From contig JBMORP010000002.1 in assembly GCA_049322655.1 (NCBI GenBank), positions 32,923 through 96,922 on the forward strand: DNA of 64,000 nt, given 5' to 3'. The notes under the pieces were generated by a model that made no database searches, was not told where the DNA came from, and saw nothing but the letters and a program-made list of their open reading frames with translations. The translations under genes and the position numbers were made by a program. Below, in pieces: positions 1-9,549 of the stretch (positions are counted from its first letter, which is position 1; each line of letters begins with the position of its first letter). The stretch is from Patescibacteria group bacterium (GTDB taxonomy: Bacteria; Patescibacteriota; Microgenomatia; UBA1400; PJMF01).

Positions 1-236
1 TAAACTTTTTTGGTCAAAAAACCACTCGTGACTTTAACTGCAGAAGTTGTAACTTATGCTCTCCAAGTTGTGAATTAGTTAATCATCAATTAAAAAAAAG
101 AACTAAATTTTTATCATCAGAAATATTTATTAACCAGCAACAATATCTTTTCAACTATGAGCAACAACCTCATTTTTTTCACCGATATAATTCTGTTGGA
201 ACTGGTTATTCTCAAGTGTGTTAAAATAGAAACCTA

Positions 237-590
237 ATGACAAACCAAGATTTAACTATTAAACAACTAGTTCAAGACTATCAAGAAGTAGGCAATTTTT
301 TAAATACTCGTTGGCCTCTAAAAGACAAAAACCAACAAATTTTTGCCAGAACAATGAAGATTGTGGAAGAGCTGGGTGAACTGGCTGATGAAATTTTAAC
401 CAGTATGAACTTAGCTCGTGATACTAAAATTGCTAATTTTAGCCGCGAAAACATGGAAGATGAATTTGCCGATGTATTAGCTTCCTTAATTTTACTAGCT
501 AATGAATTAGATATTGACGTTGAACAAGTAATGAAAAAGAAACTCAAATTTACTAGAGATAGATTTGGGATGAATGAAGAAAAAGCTTAA
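237..590 (+). CDS. MazG-like nucleoside triphosphate pyrophosphohydrolase (small all-alpha MazG domain)
   Basis: 117 aa. Motif 'EELGELADEIL' followed by a second helical pair 'DVLASLILLANELDIDVE', typical of the MazG/NTP-PPase fold. Confidence 0.55.
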   Translation: MTNQDLTIKQLVQDYQEVGNFLNTRWPLKDKNQQIFARTMKIVEELGELADEILTSMNLARDTKIANFSRENMEDEFADVLASLILLANELDIDVEQVMKKKLKFTRDRFGMNEEKA

Positions 591-2410
591 ACTAACTTCA
601 TATATTGATATAGTTCACCGTCACTAAATCCTTTTTTACGATAATAACCACGAGTCCCAATCGCTGAAATAACTGCTAGTTTTTTGTAACCATTATTTTT
701 AGCTCTTCGCCTGGCCTCATTGATTAACTTGGTGCCAAAACCAAAATGTTGGGCAGCAATTTTACTTTTGCTACCAATTTTTAAAGCCCGACCGTAAACA
801 TGAATTTCACGGATGATCGCACTTTCACTAAGTTCAGCAATAAAGTTTTCTTTGGGAAAACTCAATCTTAAGAAAGCTAATAATTTCTCACCATCTGCTG
901 TATCTACCACATATTGTAAAAATTCTTCACCACTAATAGCTGTTTGATATTTTTCGATTTTGAGTTTGGCTGCCAATGGATCAAAATTCTGGCCTCTAAT
1001 TTCTCTAGCTCTAATATCATGAGAAATAATTCCTTTTTTTTCAATAGTTTGTTCAGCAATCTGTCTAAAATTAGTTTTTTTATTACCAACAACAATATCT
1101 TGTGATGGAATATCTCTGATAATTCTAGTTAATCGACAATAGGGTGGAGTAGTTTGCAAAACATGTTCTAAAACTGCTAATAGCTCTTGGTGAGAATAGG
1201 GTTTCCATAACCCTTGTTTGTAATAACTCATCAGTTCCGCACTATCAATTAACGAACAAGGATAAACTTTCAATTCATCAGGATTGAAAGCTGGACTTTT
1301 GAATAGTTGATCAAAATCTTGTTGATCTTGATCATGGCCAGAACCATAAAGATTAGCCATCCAGTGAGCATGAATCTTAAATCCAGCTTGTCTAAGTAAC
1401 TTGAAAGCTCGTTTACTAGCAGCGACATCATGACCACGATGGTTTTTCTCCAAAACATCATCATTGGTACTTTGCACCCCAATCTGGGTTTTAGTACAAC
1501 CCAATTTTCTAATCCTAATTACTTCTTGTTCAGAAATATTGTCTGGCCTAGTCTCAACCACTAAACCAACATTTCTAATTTCTGCTGTTTCATTTTTTTG
1601 ATGCTCAACAAACAATTCATCCCAAGTCGCTGCTTGAAGTTTATCTAAACCAAGTTTTCTTTCTGGAGCCACATAAACTTCAGAAACAGTTTGGTTATAT
1701 TTTTTGGTTAAATTACCACTATTAAATTGAACCGCAGCGAACCTGTCTTTATTAGTTTTTGGATCATCACTTAAGACTAGATAACTATTTTGTTCTAATT
1801 GTTGCTGAATTTTTTTGTATTCTTGTCTAATTTTTTCCCGATCATCACGATGGCCAAAATCATTCAAAGCGCGAAAACATTCTTTAATAAACCAAATTTG
1901 ATATGACTCTGGATAGTAGGACCATGTCCCACCCAAAATAATTAATTCTGCTTTATCTACAGAGTGGCCCATCGACCACAAGGCATCCAACCGATTATAA
2001 GTTTGTAAATAAGGATCAAAGTAGTTTCGTTCTGCCCGCTGAGCTCCTGGTTCGTCACTTAAATAACTTTTAGGCATTCTAATATCGCTAGGACAAAAAA
2101 TACATTTGCCAGGACAAGGAAATGGTTTGGTCAAAACTGTAATTGGGGCAACACCAGAAAGAGTCCTTACTGGTTTCATCATGATTTTTCTGACAATTTG
2201 TTGATCAAAAGCAGCTAAACCATGTTGACCAGCTAAACCACGATAAGCTTCTATTAGATGAGTCTTTGACAGTATAGAGCCATTTTTCAATGGATATTTT
2301 TTAGTAAGTTGGGCCAATTTTTTACTACTCAAAACCGATAGCCGCTCAATCTCTTTCAATACAGCTACCACTTGGTCCAGATGATCGGTATAATCAAAAC
2401 GTTTTTTCAT
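587..2410 (-). CDS. elp3: Elp3-family radical SAM/GNAT tRNA uridine(34) modification enzyme (elongator protein 3 homolog)
   Basis: 607 aa. Radical-SAM cysteine motif 'CPGKCIFCP' and a C-terminal GNAT acetyltransferase region ('HFGFGTKLINEARRRAKNNGYKKLAVISAIGTRGYYRKKGF'). Length and domain order match Elp3. Confidence 0.8.
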   Translation of the reverse strand: MKKRFDYTDHLDQVVAVLKEIERLSVLSSKKLAQLTKKYPLKNGSILSKTHLIEAYRGLAGQHGLAAFDQQIVRKIMMKPVRTLSGVAPITVLTKPFPCPGKCIFCPSDIRMPKSYLSDEPGAQRAERNYFDPYLQTYNRLDALWSMGHSVDKAELIILGGTWSYYPESYQIWFIKECFRALNDFGHRDDREKIRQEYKKIQQQLEQNSYLVLSDDPKTNKDRFAAVQFNSGNLTKKYNQTVSEVYVAPERKLGLDKLQAATWDELFVEHQKNETAEIRNVGLVVETRPDNISEQEVIRIRKLGCTKTQIGVQSTNDDVLEKNHRGHDVAASKRAFKLLRQAGFKIHAHWMANLYGSGHDQDQQDFDQLFKSPAFNPDELKVYPCSLIDSAELMSYYKQGLWKPYSHQELLAVLEHVLQTTPPYCRLTRIIRDIPSQDIVVGNKKTNFRQIAEQTIEKKGIISHDIRAREIRGQNFDPLAAKLKIEKYQTAISGEEFLQYVVDTADGEKLLAFLRLSFPKENFIAELSESAIIREIHVYGRALKIGSKSKIAAQHFGFGTKLINEARRRAKNNGYKKLAVISAIGTRGYYRKKGFSDGELYQYMKLV

Positions 2411-2429
2411 CAGAGAAAGTATTATACCA

Positions 2430-3191
2430 ATGAAACAAGCAACTATTACTCAGCTTAATAAACTAAATAAGCAATTCTATAGAGTTACTGCCGAAGAATT
2501 CAGCAAAACTAGAAGTTTTTATTGGCAAGGTTGGAAAGAATTACTAGAACCGCTCAAGGCAATTGGTAAAAATCATCCTCAATTAAAAGTTTTGGATCTC
2601 GGCTGTGGTAATGGCAGATTTGGTGAATTTTTGTATAAAGAAAAAATTCATAAAAATTTTATTTACCACGGAGCCGACAACAGCCAAGAACTTTTAGAAT
2701 TTGCGCAAAAAAGATTAGCAGCTTGTAAATTTGAAAAAGAGCTATTTAATTTAGATGTCATCGATGCCCTAACAAAAGATAACTTAGATGAATTAATTCC
2801 GCAAAAAAAATACCAAGTCATTACCCTGTTTGGCGTCTTACATCATATCCCATCATTTAAATTAAGGAAAAAACTCATTAATACTATTGCTGATCATCTC
2901 ACCAGTGATGGTGTTTTTGTTTTTACAGCCTGGAGATTTTTAAATGAAAAGAGATTTGAAAAAAAACAAATTCATCCAACTTTGGCAAAAATTGATCCTG
3001 ATGAATTAGAAGAAAATGACTTTATTCTTGACTGGCAGAGAGGAGTGACTGCTTATCGTTATTGTCATTACACTAATGATGAAGAGATTAAAAAATTAAT
3101 TGCTGAAACCACCTTAGAGCTAGAAAAAGAATATACCGCTGACGGCAAATCAGGAAATCTTAATTTTTACCAAATTCTAAGAAAACCTTGA
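2430..3191 (+). CDS. Trm9/ALKBH8-like class I SAM-dependent methyltransferase (candidate cm5U34 methyl esterase)
   Basis: SAM motif 'VLDLGCGNGRFG'. 'EFSKTRSFYWQGW' resembles the Trm9/ALKBH8 signature 'HFSSTRHTPWP'. C-terminal 'YRYCHYTNDEEI' resembles the ALKBH8 methyltransferase-domain 'HRYYHVFREGEL'. Divergent from elp3. Confidence 0.55.
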   Translation: MKQATITQLNKLNKQFYRVTAEEFSKTRSFYWQGWKELLEPLKAIGKNHPQLKVLDLGCGNGRFGEFLYKEKIHKNFIYHGADNSQELLEFAQKRLAACKFEKELFNLDVIDALTKDNLDELIPQKKYQVITLFGVLHHIPSFKLRKKLINTIADHLTSDGVFVFTAWRFLNEKRFEKKQIHPTLAKIDPDELEENDFILDWQRGVTAYRYCHYTNDEEIKKLIAETTLELEKEYTADGKSGNLNFYQILRKP

Positions 3192-3232
3192 GAAAATTAA
3201 CATCTCAGAGTAGAATTACCACATTCTGCTAT

Positions 3233-3303
3233 TGCCCGATCGTCTAATGGCAGGACAGAGGCCTTTGAAGCCTTCAATCTAGGTTCGAATCCTAGTCGGG
3301 CAT
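3233..3303 (+). tRNA. tRNA-Gln (anticodon TTG)
   Basis: Cloverleaf read by hand. Acceptor TGCCCGA/TCGGGCA, anticodon stem GAGGC/GCCTT with loop CTTTGAA, T-arm CTAGG-TTCGAAT-CCTAG. Confidence 0.75.
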
Positions 3304-3316
3304 CAATATTAAGAAA

Positions 3317-3338
3317 ACATCCAACTGGATGTTTTTTT
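3317..3338 (+). terminator. rho-independent terminator hairpin after tRNA-Gln
   Basis: acatcca-ac-tggatgt followed by a T7 run. Confidence 0.6.
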
Positions 3339-3635
3339 AATATTATGTCCAAAAACTAGATTCAACAATTGTTCGACCGCCAAGTCTACGAAGTAGACCT
3401 GGGTAATGTATGCGAAGCGAGTAAAACGAGCGAAGTCGTAAATCCTAGTCGGGCAGCAAATTATCCTATAATTTGACATTGTCTATTAAAGGTGTTAAAC
3501 TGCTTTTTCATTGATTGTTCTTTAATGCAATCAATCAGGTTAAGCTTGCAATTGGCTTTAAGAAGAATTTTTTTCCCTTAATTACATTTGTTTCTTGTCT
3601 TTAACCTAATAAATAGTTAAAGAAAGAAATATATT

Positions 3636-4889
3636 ATGCGTCAATTTAATAAACGCTCATCTTCTAGTTTTAGTAACCACAATGGTGGAAGCTATGGTCG
3701 TCGTTCTCAAAATGGCAACAGAGGTTTCTCTGGTGGTTTCGGTGGCAGAGGTAATAATAGAAGAAGTGGAATGAAACAATCCATCTTTGATCCTAGTTCA
3801 GTAATTGCTAAATCAAAAACTACTAACTACAAACCACAAACAGAAGAAACCTATGAAGCTACCAACCAATTTAGTGATTTTAAAATCGTTGATGAGTTAA
3901 AAAATAACATTAGTTTCAAAAAATATACTACTCCAACTCCAATTCAAGATCAGGTTATCCCTCATATTTTAGAAGGAAAAGACGTAGTGGGTATTGCTAA
4001 TACTGGTACCGGTAAAACTGCTGCTTTTTTGATTCCGTTATTAAACAAAGTTGTCATGAATCCTACAGAAAAAGTGTTAATTATTGTCCCGACCAGAGAG
4101 TTAGCTGTTCAAGTCAGAGACGAATTAGCATCTTTTTCCTATAAACTTAATATTTATTCCACCCTGTGTATTGGTGGTTCCAATATTAATAGTCAAATTA
4201 ACTCCCTAAAAAGAGGTCAACACTTTGTGATTGGCACTCCAGGTAGATTAAAAGATCTTAATCAAAAAAGAAAAATTAGATTTGAAGAATTTAACAATAT
4301 TGTTTTGGATGAGGTCGATAGAATGCTTGATATGGGCTTTGTCAAAGAAGTTAAACTGATTATTGAATCGTTAGCAGAAAACAGACAATCACTGTTTTTT
4401 TCTGCCACCATGTCAACCAGAGTAGAAGAAATTATGCGAGGATTTTTAACAGATCCTGTTCATATCTCTATTAAAACTAAACAAAATTCTGGCAACATTG
4501 AACAAAAAATCGTCAAAATTCAGGGTAGATCTAAATTAGAAATGCTTCACGAATTTTTAATCAATGAATCTTATGAAAAAGTCTTGGTTTTTGGCCGAAC
4601 CAAGAGGGGAGCCGAGAAACTCTCTAGGGACCTACAAAGAAAAGGTCTCAAGGTCAATGCTATTCATGGTAATAAATCACAAGGTCAAAGACAAAAAGCT
4701 TTACAACAGTTTAGAGCCAACCAATTACAAGCCTTAATTGCTACTGATGTAGTCGCTCGTGGATTGGATATTGATAATGTTACTCATGTGATTAATTACG
4801 ACTTGCCAGGTACTTACGAGGACTATATCCATCGTATCGGTCGTACTGGTAGAGCCAACAAAAAAGGCATTGCTTTAACGTTTATTTAA
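3636..4889 (+). CDS. DEAD-box ATP-dependent RNA helicase with N-terminal Gly/Arg-rich (RGG-like) region
   Basis: Q-motif 'TPTPIQDQVIP', Walker A 'NTGTGKTAAF', 'DEVDRML', 'SAT', 'HRIGRTGR'. The first ~45 aa are G/R/N/S-rich. Confidence 0.9.
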   Translation: MRQFNKRSSSSFSNHNGGSYGRRSQNGNRGFSGGFGGRGNNRRSGMKQSIFDPSSVIAKSKTTNYKPQTEETYEATNQFSDFKIVDELKNNISFKKYTTPTPIQDQVIPHILEGKDVVGIANTGTGKTAAFLIPLLNKVVMNPTEKVLIIVPTRELAVQVRDELASFSYKLNIYSTLCIGGSNINSQINSLKRGQHFVIGTPGRLKDLNQKRKIRFEEFNNIVLDEVDRMLDMGFVKEVKLIIESLAENRQSLFFSATMSTRVEEIMRGFLTDPVHISIKTKQNSGNIEQKIVKIQGRSKLEMLHEFLINESYEKVLVFGRTKRGAEKLSRDLQRKGLKVNAIHGNKSQGQRQKALQQFRANQLQALIATDVVARGLDIDNVTHVINYDLPGTYEDYIHRIGRTGRANKKGIALTFI

Positions 4890-4894
4890 AAAAA

Positions 4895-5107
4895 TTACTG
4901 ATCTATTTTTTTTCTTACTAAAGCCAAAGCTTCTTTATCTTTAATAGCTTGTTCTTCCATCATAGCCCTCAGTTTTTTAACCTGTTCAATCACTTCTGCT
5001 GAAGACCTCATGTGAGCTAAACCAATACCATGAGCTTGATCGACTTTTTCTATACCAGCCAAACGTAAATACTGCTCTCTGTTTCTCCAATACTTGGGGA
5101 TGTTCAT
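4895..5107 (-). CDS. hypothetical small protein (70 aa)
   Basis: ORF packed between the helicase and mutL. No recognisable motif. Confidence 0.3.
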   Translation of the reverse strand: MNIPKYWRNREQYLRLAGIEKVDQAHGIGLAHMRSSAEVIEQVKKLRAMMEEQAIKDKEALALVRKKIDQ

Positions 5108-5145
5108 GAGAATTTAGTCGCAAATAAGGATAAAAACCATGCAGA

Positions 5146-6837
5146 TTATTTTTTTCTAAAAAACATTTTTTCTAACTCTTGTTTGGAGATTTTTATTTTC
5201 AGAGGTCTGCCGTGAGGACAAGTATAGAGGGTATTTTTTTGAATAATTTTTTTAACTAGTTGTTGTCGCTCCACAGGTGATAAGTAGTCACCCGCTTTGA
5301 TTGCACTTCGACAAGCCAAAAAACTCAAGGCTCGATTGGTTAATAAATCAGGTTTGACAATCTTGCCATAGGTAGCAAGATCAACCAAAAAATCGTTGAT
5401 CACTCGGTCTATAGTTAAACCTTCAAAAATAACCGGGATTTCTTTAATAATAATTTGTTTGTCATTAATTAAAAAAATAAAACCTAAATTTTTAAAAATA
5501 GTTTTATTTTTTACAAAAAGATAAAGATTTTCTGGATTTAAATTTATTTTTTTATTAATTTTAACTTTTTTTTCTAAAAGTAGCTTATTTTTTTTCAATT
5601 GCTCAGAAAATTCTTGGTAAAGAATCATTTCATGAGCCGCATGTTGATCTACAACCATTAACTCGCCATGAAGTTCAAAAAATAAATAAGTATTTTGAAA
5701 TTGTAGAACCGGACCCAACTCTTGTTGATTGTTATTGATTTGCCAACCTGGTTGTAAGTTTTCTTTCAGATGGTCGGTAGTCGCTCTATCTCTTAACAGA
5801 TATGTTGCAGTTACTTGTTGTGAATTCAAAACATAAGTTAAGTCTTTGGCCAATAAAAATGCTTGTAAGTGTTCAAACAACGCTGTAATTAACTCATCTT
5901 CTTTAAAGATTAAAACCTCTTCTTTCCTTGGGTGAATATTACTGTCAAAAAAATGAGCTGGTAAATTAATAAATATAATAAAAACAGGATAAGCCTTTGG
6001 TTCTAATAATGAGCCATAGGCTTCTCGAATAACTTTGGCAATCTTTCTGTGTCGCACCATTCTGCCATTAATAAATAAGTATTGTTTGCTAGGGCTTCGT
6101 AGTGATAATTGAGGTTTCCCAACTAAACCACTGATTTTTAGTTCATTAGCTAAGTCAACTTTATAAGTCAAGCTTTGGTCAACAAATTCTTGACCAAAAA
6201 CCTCACTCACTCTGTCTGCAAAACTTGGCTGGGATAAAACTTCAAATAGTTTCCTTTGGTCATGATAGACAACAAATTGGACAGTATGATTAACCAAAGC
6301 AAAATTAGTCATTTTTTTCAGAATATAAGCTAATTCTCTTTGAACTTTATTAATAAATTTTTTTCTAGCTGGTAAACCACTAAATAAACTTTCAACTACA
6401 ACTCTAGTGCCAATCGGCATCCCAAATTTTTCATCTTCAGTTATTTGGCCATTCTGGATCACCAACCTATGACCTATTTTTTCAGTTTTTATCCGGCTTT
6501 CCAAGGTAACTTTGGCTACTGCTACCATACTCGCCAAAGCTTCTCCTCTAAAACCAAAACTAGTCAAAGTCTCTAAGTCTTCTAAATTGCTGATCTTACT
6601 AGTAGTATGAGCTAGAAAACTGTTTCTTAAATCAGTAGCATTCATTCCACACCCATTGTCACGAACCTCGATTCTTTTTAACCCACCTTTGTCCAAGTAA
6701 ATCTCGATTTTAGTTGCTCCCGCATCCAAAGAGTTTTCCACTAACTCTTTAACGACTGAATCGGGTCGATCGATTACTTCTCCAGCAGCGATTTTGCTTA
6801 CCACTTCAACTGGTAGTTTTTTAATTTTAGTTACCAT
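5146..6837 (-). CDS. mutL: DNA mismatch repair protein MutL
   Basis: GHKL ATPase N-terminus 'VVKELVENSLDAGATKIEI' and 'DNGCGM'. Overlaps the mutS stop by 11 nt, so the two form an operon. Confidence 0.9.
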   Translation of the reverse strand: MVTKIKKLPVEVVSKIAAGEVIDRPDSVVKELVENSLDAGATKIEIYLDKGGLKRIEVRDNGCGMNATDLRNSFLAHTTSKISNLEDLETLTSFGFRGEALASMVAVAKVTLESRIKTEKIGHRLVIQNGQITEDEKFGMPIGTRVVVESLFSGLPARKKFINKVQRELAYILKKMTNFALVNHTVQFVVYHDQRKLFEVLSQPSFADRVSEVFGQEFVDQSLTYKVDLANELKISGLVGKPQLSLRSPSKQYLFINGRMVRHRKIAKVIREAYGSLLEPKAYPVFIIFINLPAHFFDSNIHPRKEEVLIFKEDELITALFEHLQAFLLAKDLTYVLNSQQVTATYLLRDRATTDHLKENLQPGWQINNNQQELGPVLQFQNTYLFFELHGELMVVDQHAAHEMILYQEFSEQLKKNKLLLEKKVKINKKINLNPENLYLFVKNKTIFKNLGFIFLINDKQIIIKEIPVIFEGLTIDRVINDFLVDLATYGKIVKPDLLTNRALSFLACRSAIKAGDYLSPVERQQLVKKIIQKNTLYTCPHGRPLKIKISKQELEKMFFRKK

Positions 6838-9451
6838 TTTTCTTAAATTTAGTTATTAATGCTGCCAACTTTGTTTGAGCTTGTAGGGGAGTAAGTTGCT
6901 CAATCTCTATTGCAGCTAGAAACTTCTCAAGCTTCAGTAAATTTTTATCTTTAGTTGGTTTATTAAACTTAAAGTTAGTCTCTACTTGACTCCTATTAGC
7001 TTCAAAAGAAAAAAGAATTTCTTCAGCTCGCTGACAAACTTCTTCAGGCACCCCAGCCAACCTCGCTACTGCTACTCCAAAACTATGGGGAGCGGCCCCT
7101 TCAGCGACTGTATGTAAAAACTTAGGTTGATCATCAGCTTCATCCACCAACATGTGAATATTACTGATTTTATCTGGGTACTTACTTTCTAACTGTTGTA
7201 ACTCATGGTAATGAGTAGCAAAGAGAGTAGTAGGACACTGTCGGCACTTACTTAATGCTTCAGCCACCGCCCAAGCCAAACTAATTCCATCATAAGTACT
7301 AGTACCACGGCCAACTTCATCCATAATAATCAAACTCTTAGCTGTAGAGTGCCGCAAAATATAAGCCACTTCAACCATCTCTACCATAAAAGTTGATAAC
7401 CCCTCTGAAATAACATCGGCCGCACCACTTCTCACAAACAAGCTATCAATTAAGTTGATTTCGGCCTTCTCAGCTGGCACAAAACTGCCCAAATGAGCCA
7501 ACAACACAATTAAAGCTATTTGCCTCATATAAACAGATTTTCCAGCCATGTTTGGCCCAGTCACCAGTAACATGTTTCTAGCTGGCACTCCCAATAAAGT
7601 ATCATTGGGCACAAACTGTTTTTTGACCAATAGTTGCTCAAGAACGGGATGTCTGCCTTGAACAATTGCTGTTTTACCAGTCTTAACCATTTTTGGTTTA
7701 ACATAGTTTCTTGTCTCTGCTAATTGAGCAAAACTAGTTAAACAATCTAGATTAGCCAAAGTGGTAGCTGCTTGTTGAATCAACTTAGTATATTCCAAGA
7801 CCTGATTAACAAAATTTTTAAAAAGTTGTTTTTCCAAAACTTCAATCTGTTCTTCAGCCGTTAAGACTTTTTCTTCGTAAACTTTCAAAGCTTTAGTAAC
7901 AAATCTCTCGGCATTAACTAAAGTTTGTTTACGTTCAAATTCCGCCGGAACTTTGCTCACAAATGATTTACTGACCTCAATGTAGTAACCAAAAACTTTG
8001 TTTGATCTAACCTTAAGAGTGGTGATTTGTGTTTGTTTTTTCAAGGTTTCTTCATACTCAGTTAACCAATCTTTACCACCCATAGACAAAACTCTGAGCT
8101 GATCTAACTCTGCACTCACTCCAACTTTGATTACTTTTCCTTCACCAGGAAGACCACTAGCATCATCTGCCACAAACTGCTCAATCAACTCAACTACTTT
8201 GAGCAATTGATTATCGATTTGTTGCTCAAATTTACTGAGTAGTTTGGGTAGCTGCTTTTGTTGACTCGCCAAAATTTCTCTAATCGCCAAAATGTTAATT
8301 AATGACTGTTTAAGATTGATGACCAAAGCAGGCAGAGGCTCTTCAATCGTTAACCGAGCAATAATTCTTTCTAGATCAAAAACTTGGTTTAACTCGTTTC
8401 TAATAAAAAATCTAAGCTCTCTGTTATTGAGTAAATAATCAACCGAATCATGCCTAAGTTCAATCTTTTCCCTGTTCTTAAGTGGGTGAGTAAGCCAATT
8501 GCGTAATAACCTGGAACCCATTGGTGAAACAGTTAAATCAATCGCGGTTAATAACGAACCTTGTTTTTTATTTTCCCTAATAGTTTCAAAAATCTCTAAG
8601 TTATTAATGGTTGATGAATCTAAAGCAATATATTCATCAGATTTTTGTAAATTAAATGTCTTTAGATGTTGTAGTTTATTAAACTGAGTTTCAGTTAAAT
8701 AACCCAAAATAGCAGCCAAAGCTTGTTTGAGCGCTGGCTTACTATGTAAACCAAAACTTCTTAAATTATCAACTTGAAAATGTCGGCTAATGATTGCCTC
8801 AGCTTCATCTGTATACTCATCCCATTGCCTAAAAGGATAAATATTTAACCCTACTTGCTGTTTTAAAATCTTTAATAATGAGTAGTTATGGTAATCAACC
8901 TCAGCTAAAATACACTCACTCGGTTGATACTTGGTTAATTCTTTTTGTAACAAATTAGCAAAGTCATTTCCTTTTAAATAATGGTTGCTCCCAAAAATTT
9001 CACCTGTCGACAAGTCCACAAAAACTAAACCCACAGCTTTGTTATCAATAGCCAAACTCAATATAAAGTTATTTTTCTTAGCACTCAGTGCTTGTTCATT
9101 TACTACTGTTCCTGGAGTAATAATCCTAATCACAGCTCGTTCCACAATGCCCTTATTATCTGGTTCAGAAATCTGTTCACAAATTGCTACCTTGTGACCA
9201 GCCTTAATTAATTTAGCAATATAACTTTCTGCTGAATGGTAGGGCACCCCAGCCATTGGGATCTCTCCATCTTTACCTCTTGGCCTTTTGGTTAAGGTAA
9301 TTCCGAGTAACTTGGCTCCAGTTAAAGCGTCTTCTAAAAACAGTTCGTAAAAATCTCCTAGTCGATAAAATAAAAAACAATCTGGATAAGCTTTTTTTAT
9401 CTCCAAGTACTGTTGCATCATTGGTGTAGAGAACTGTTGAACTTCTGACAT
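6827..9451 (-). CDS. mutS: DNA mismatch repair protein MutS
   Basis: N-terminal 'TPMMQQYLEIK'. Walker A 'VTGPNMAGKSVYMRQ', 'DEVGRGTSTYDG', 'FATHYHEL'. The likely start is the Met of 'MSEVQQF'; the ORF track extends to 9484. Confidence 0.9.
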   Translation of the reverse strand: MSEVQQFSTPMMQQYLEIKKAYPDCFLFYRLGDFYELFLEDALTGAKLLGITLTKRPRGKDGEIPMAGVPYHSAESYIAKLIKAGHKVAICEQISEPDNKGIVERAVIRIITPGTVVNEQALSAKKNNFILSLAIDNKAVGLVFVDLSTGEIFGSNHYLKGNDFANLLQKELTKYQPSECILAEVDYHNYSLLKILKQQVGLNIYPFRQWDEYTDEAEAIISRHFQVDNLRSFGLHSKPALKQALAAILGYLTETQFNKLQHLKTFNLQKSDEYIALDSSTINNLEIFETIRENKKQGSLLTAIDLTVSPMGSRLLRNWLTHPLKNREKIELRHDSVDYLLNNRELRFFIRNELNQVFDLERIIARLTIEEPLPALVINLKQSLINILAIREILASQQKQLPKLLSKFEQQIDNQLLKVVELIEQFVADDASGLPGEGKVIKVGVSAELDQLRVLSMGGKDWLTEYEETLKKQTQITTLKVRSNKVFGYYIEVSKSFVSKVPAEFERKQTLVNAERFVTKALKVYEEKVLTAEEQIEVLEKQLFKNFVNQVLEYTKLIQQAATTLANLDCLTSFAQLAETRNYVKPKMVKTGKTAIVQGRHPVLEQLLVKKQFVPNDTLLGVPARNMLLVTGPNMAGKSVYMRQIALIVLLAHLGSFVPAEKAEINLIDSLFVRSGAADVISEGLSTFMVEMVEVAYILRHSTAKSLIIMDEVGRGTSTYDGISLAWAVAEALSKCRQCPTTLFATHYHELQQLESKYPDKISNIHMLVDEADDQPKFLHTVAEGAAPHSFGVAVARLAGVPEEVCQRAEEILFSFEANRSQVETNFKFNKPTKDKNLLKLEKFLAAIEIEQLTPLQAQTKLAALITKFKKNGN

Positions 9452-9522
9452 GATGTGTATCACACTATGCAGACTTTTTAGCAAAACTTCAAGGTTGGAC
9501 TATCCAAGAATATTACAAGACT

Positions 9523-9549
9523 TTAGCAGTCACTTCATTTTATTGCTAA
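9523..9549. promoter_or_regulatory. CIRCE-like inverted repeat TTAGCAGTC-N9-TATTGCTAA (left end of repeat copy A)
   Basis: Same TTAGCA-N15-TGCTAA architecture as the sites upstream of clpB and lon and at 30451. Confidence 0.5.

Noticed and set aside
281-547. 88-aa minus-strand ORF inside the MazG-like gene, and similar small antisense ORFs (904-1095, 1270-1482, 8499-8687, 8985-9197, 11703-11912, 12126-12765, 14446-15375, 26672-26944, 28166-29181, 48474-49168, 54118-55614, and others)
   Set aside because: Each is embedded antisense or out of frame within a well-supported conserved gene and has low-complexity or hydrophobic junk translations. These are shadow ORFs.
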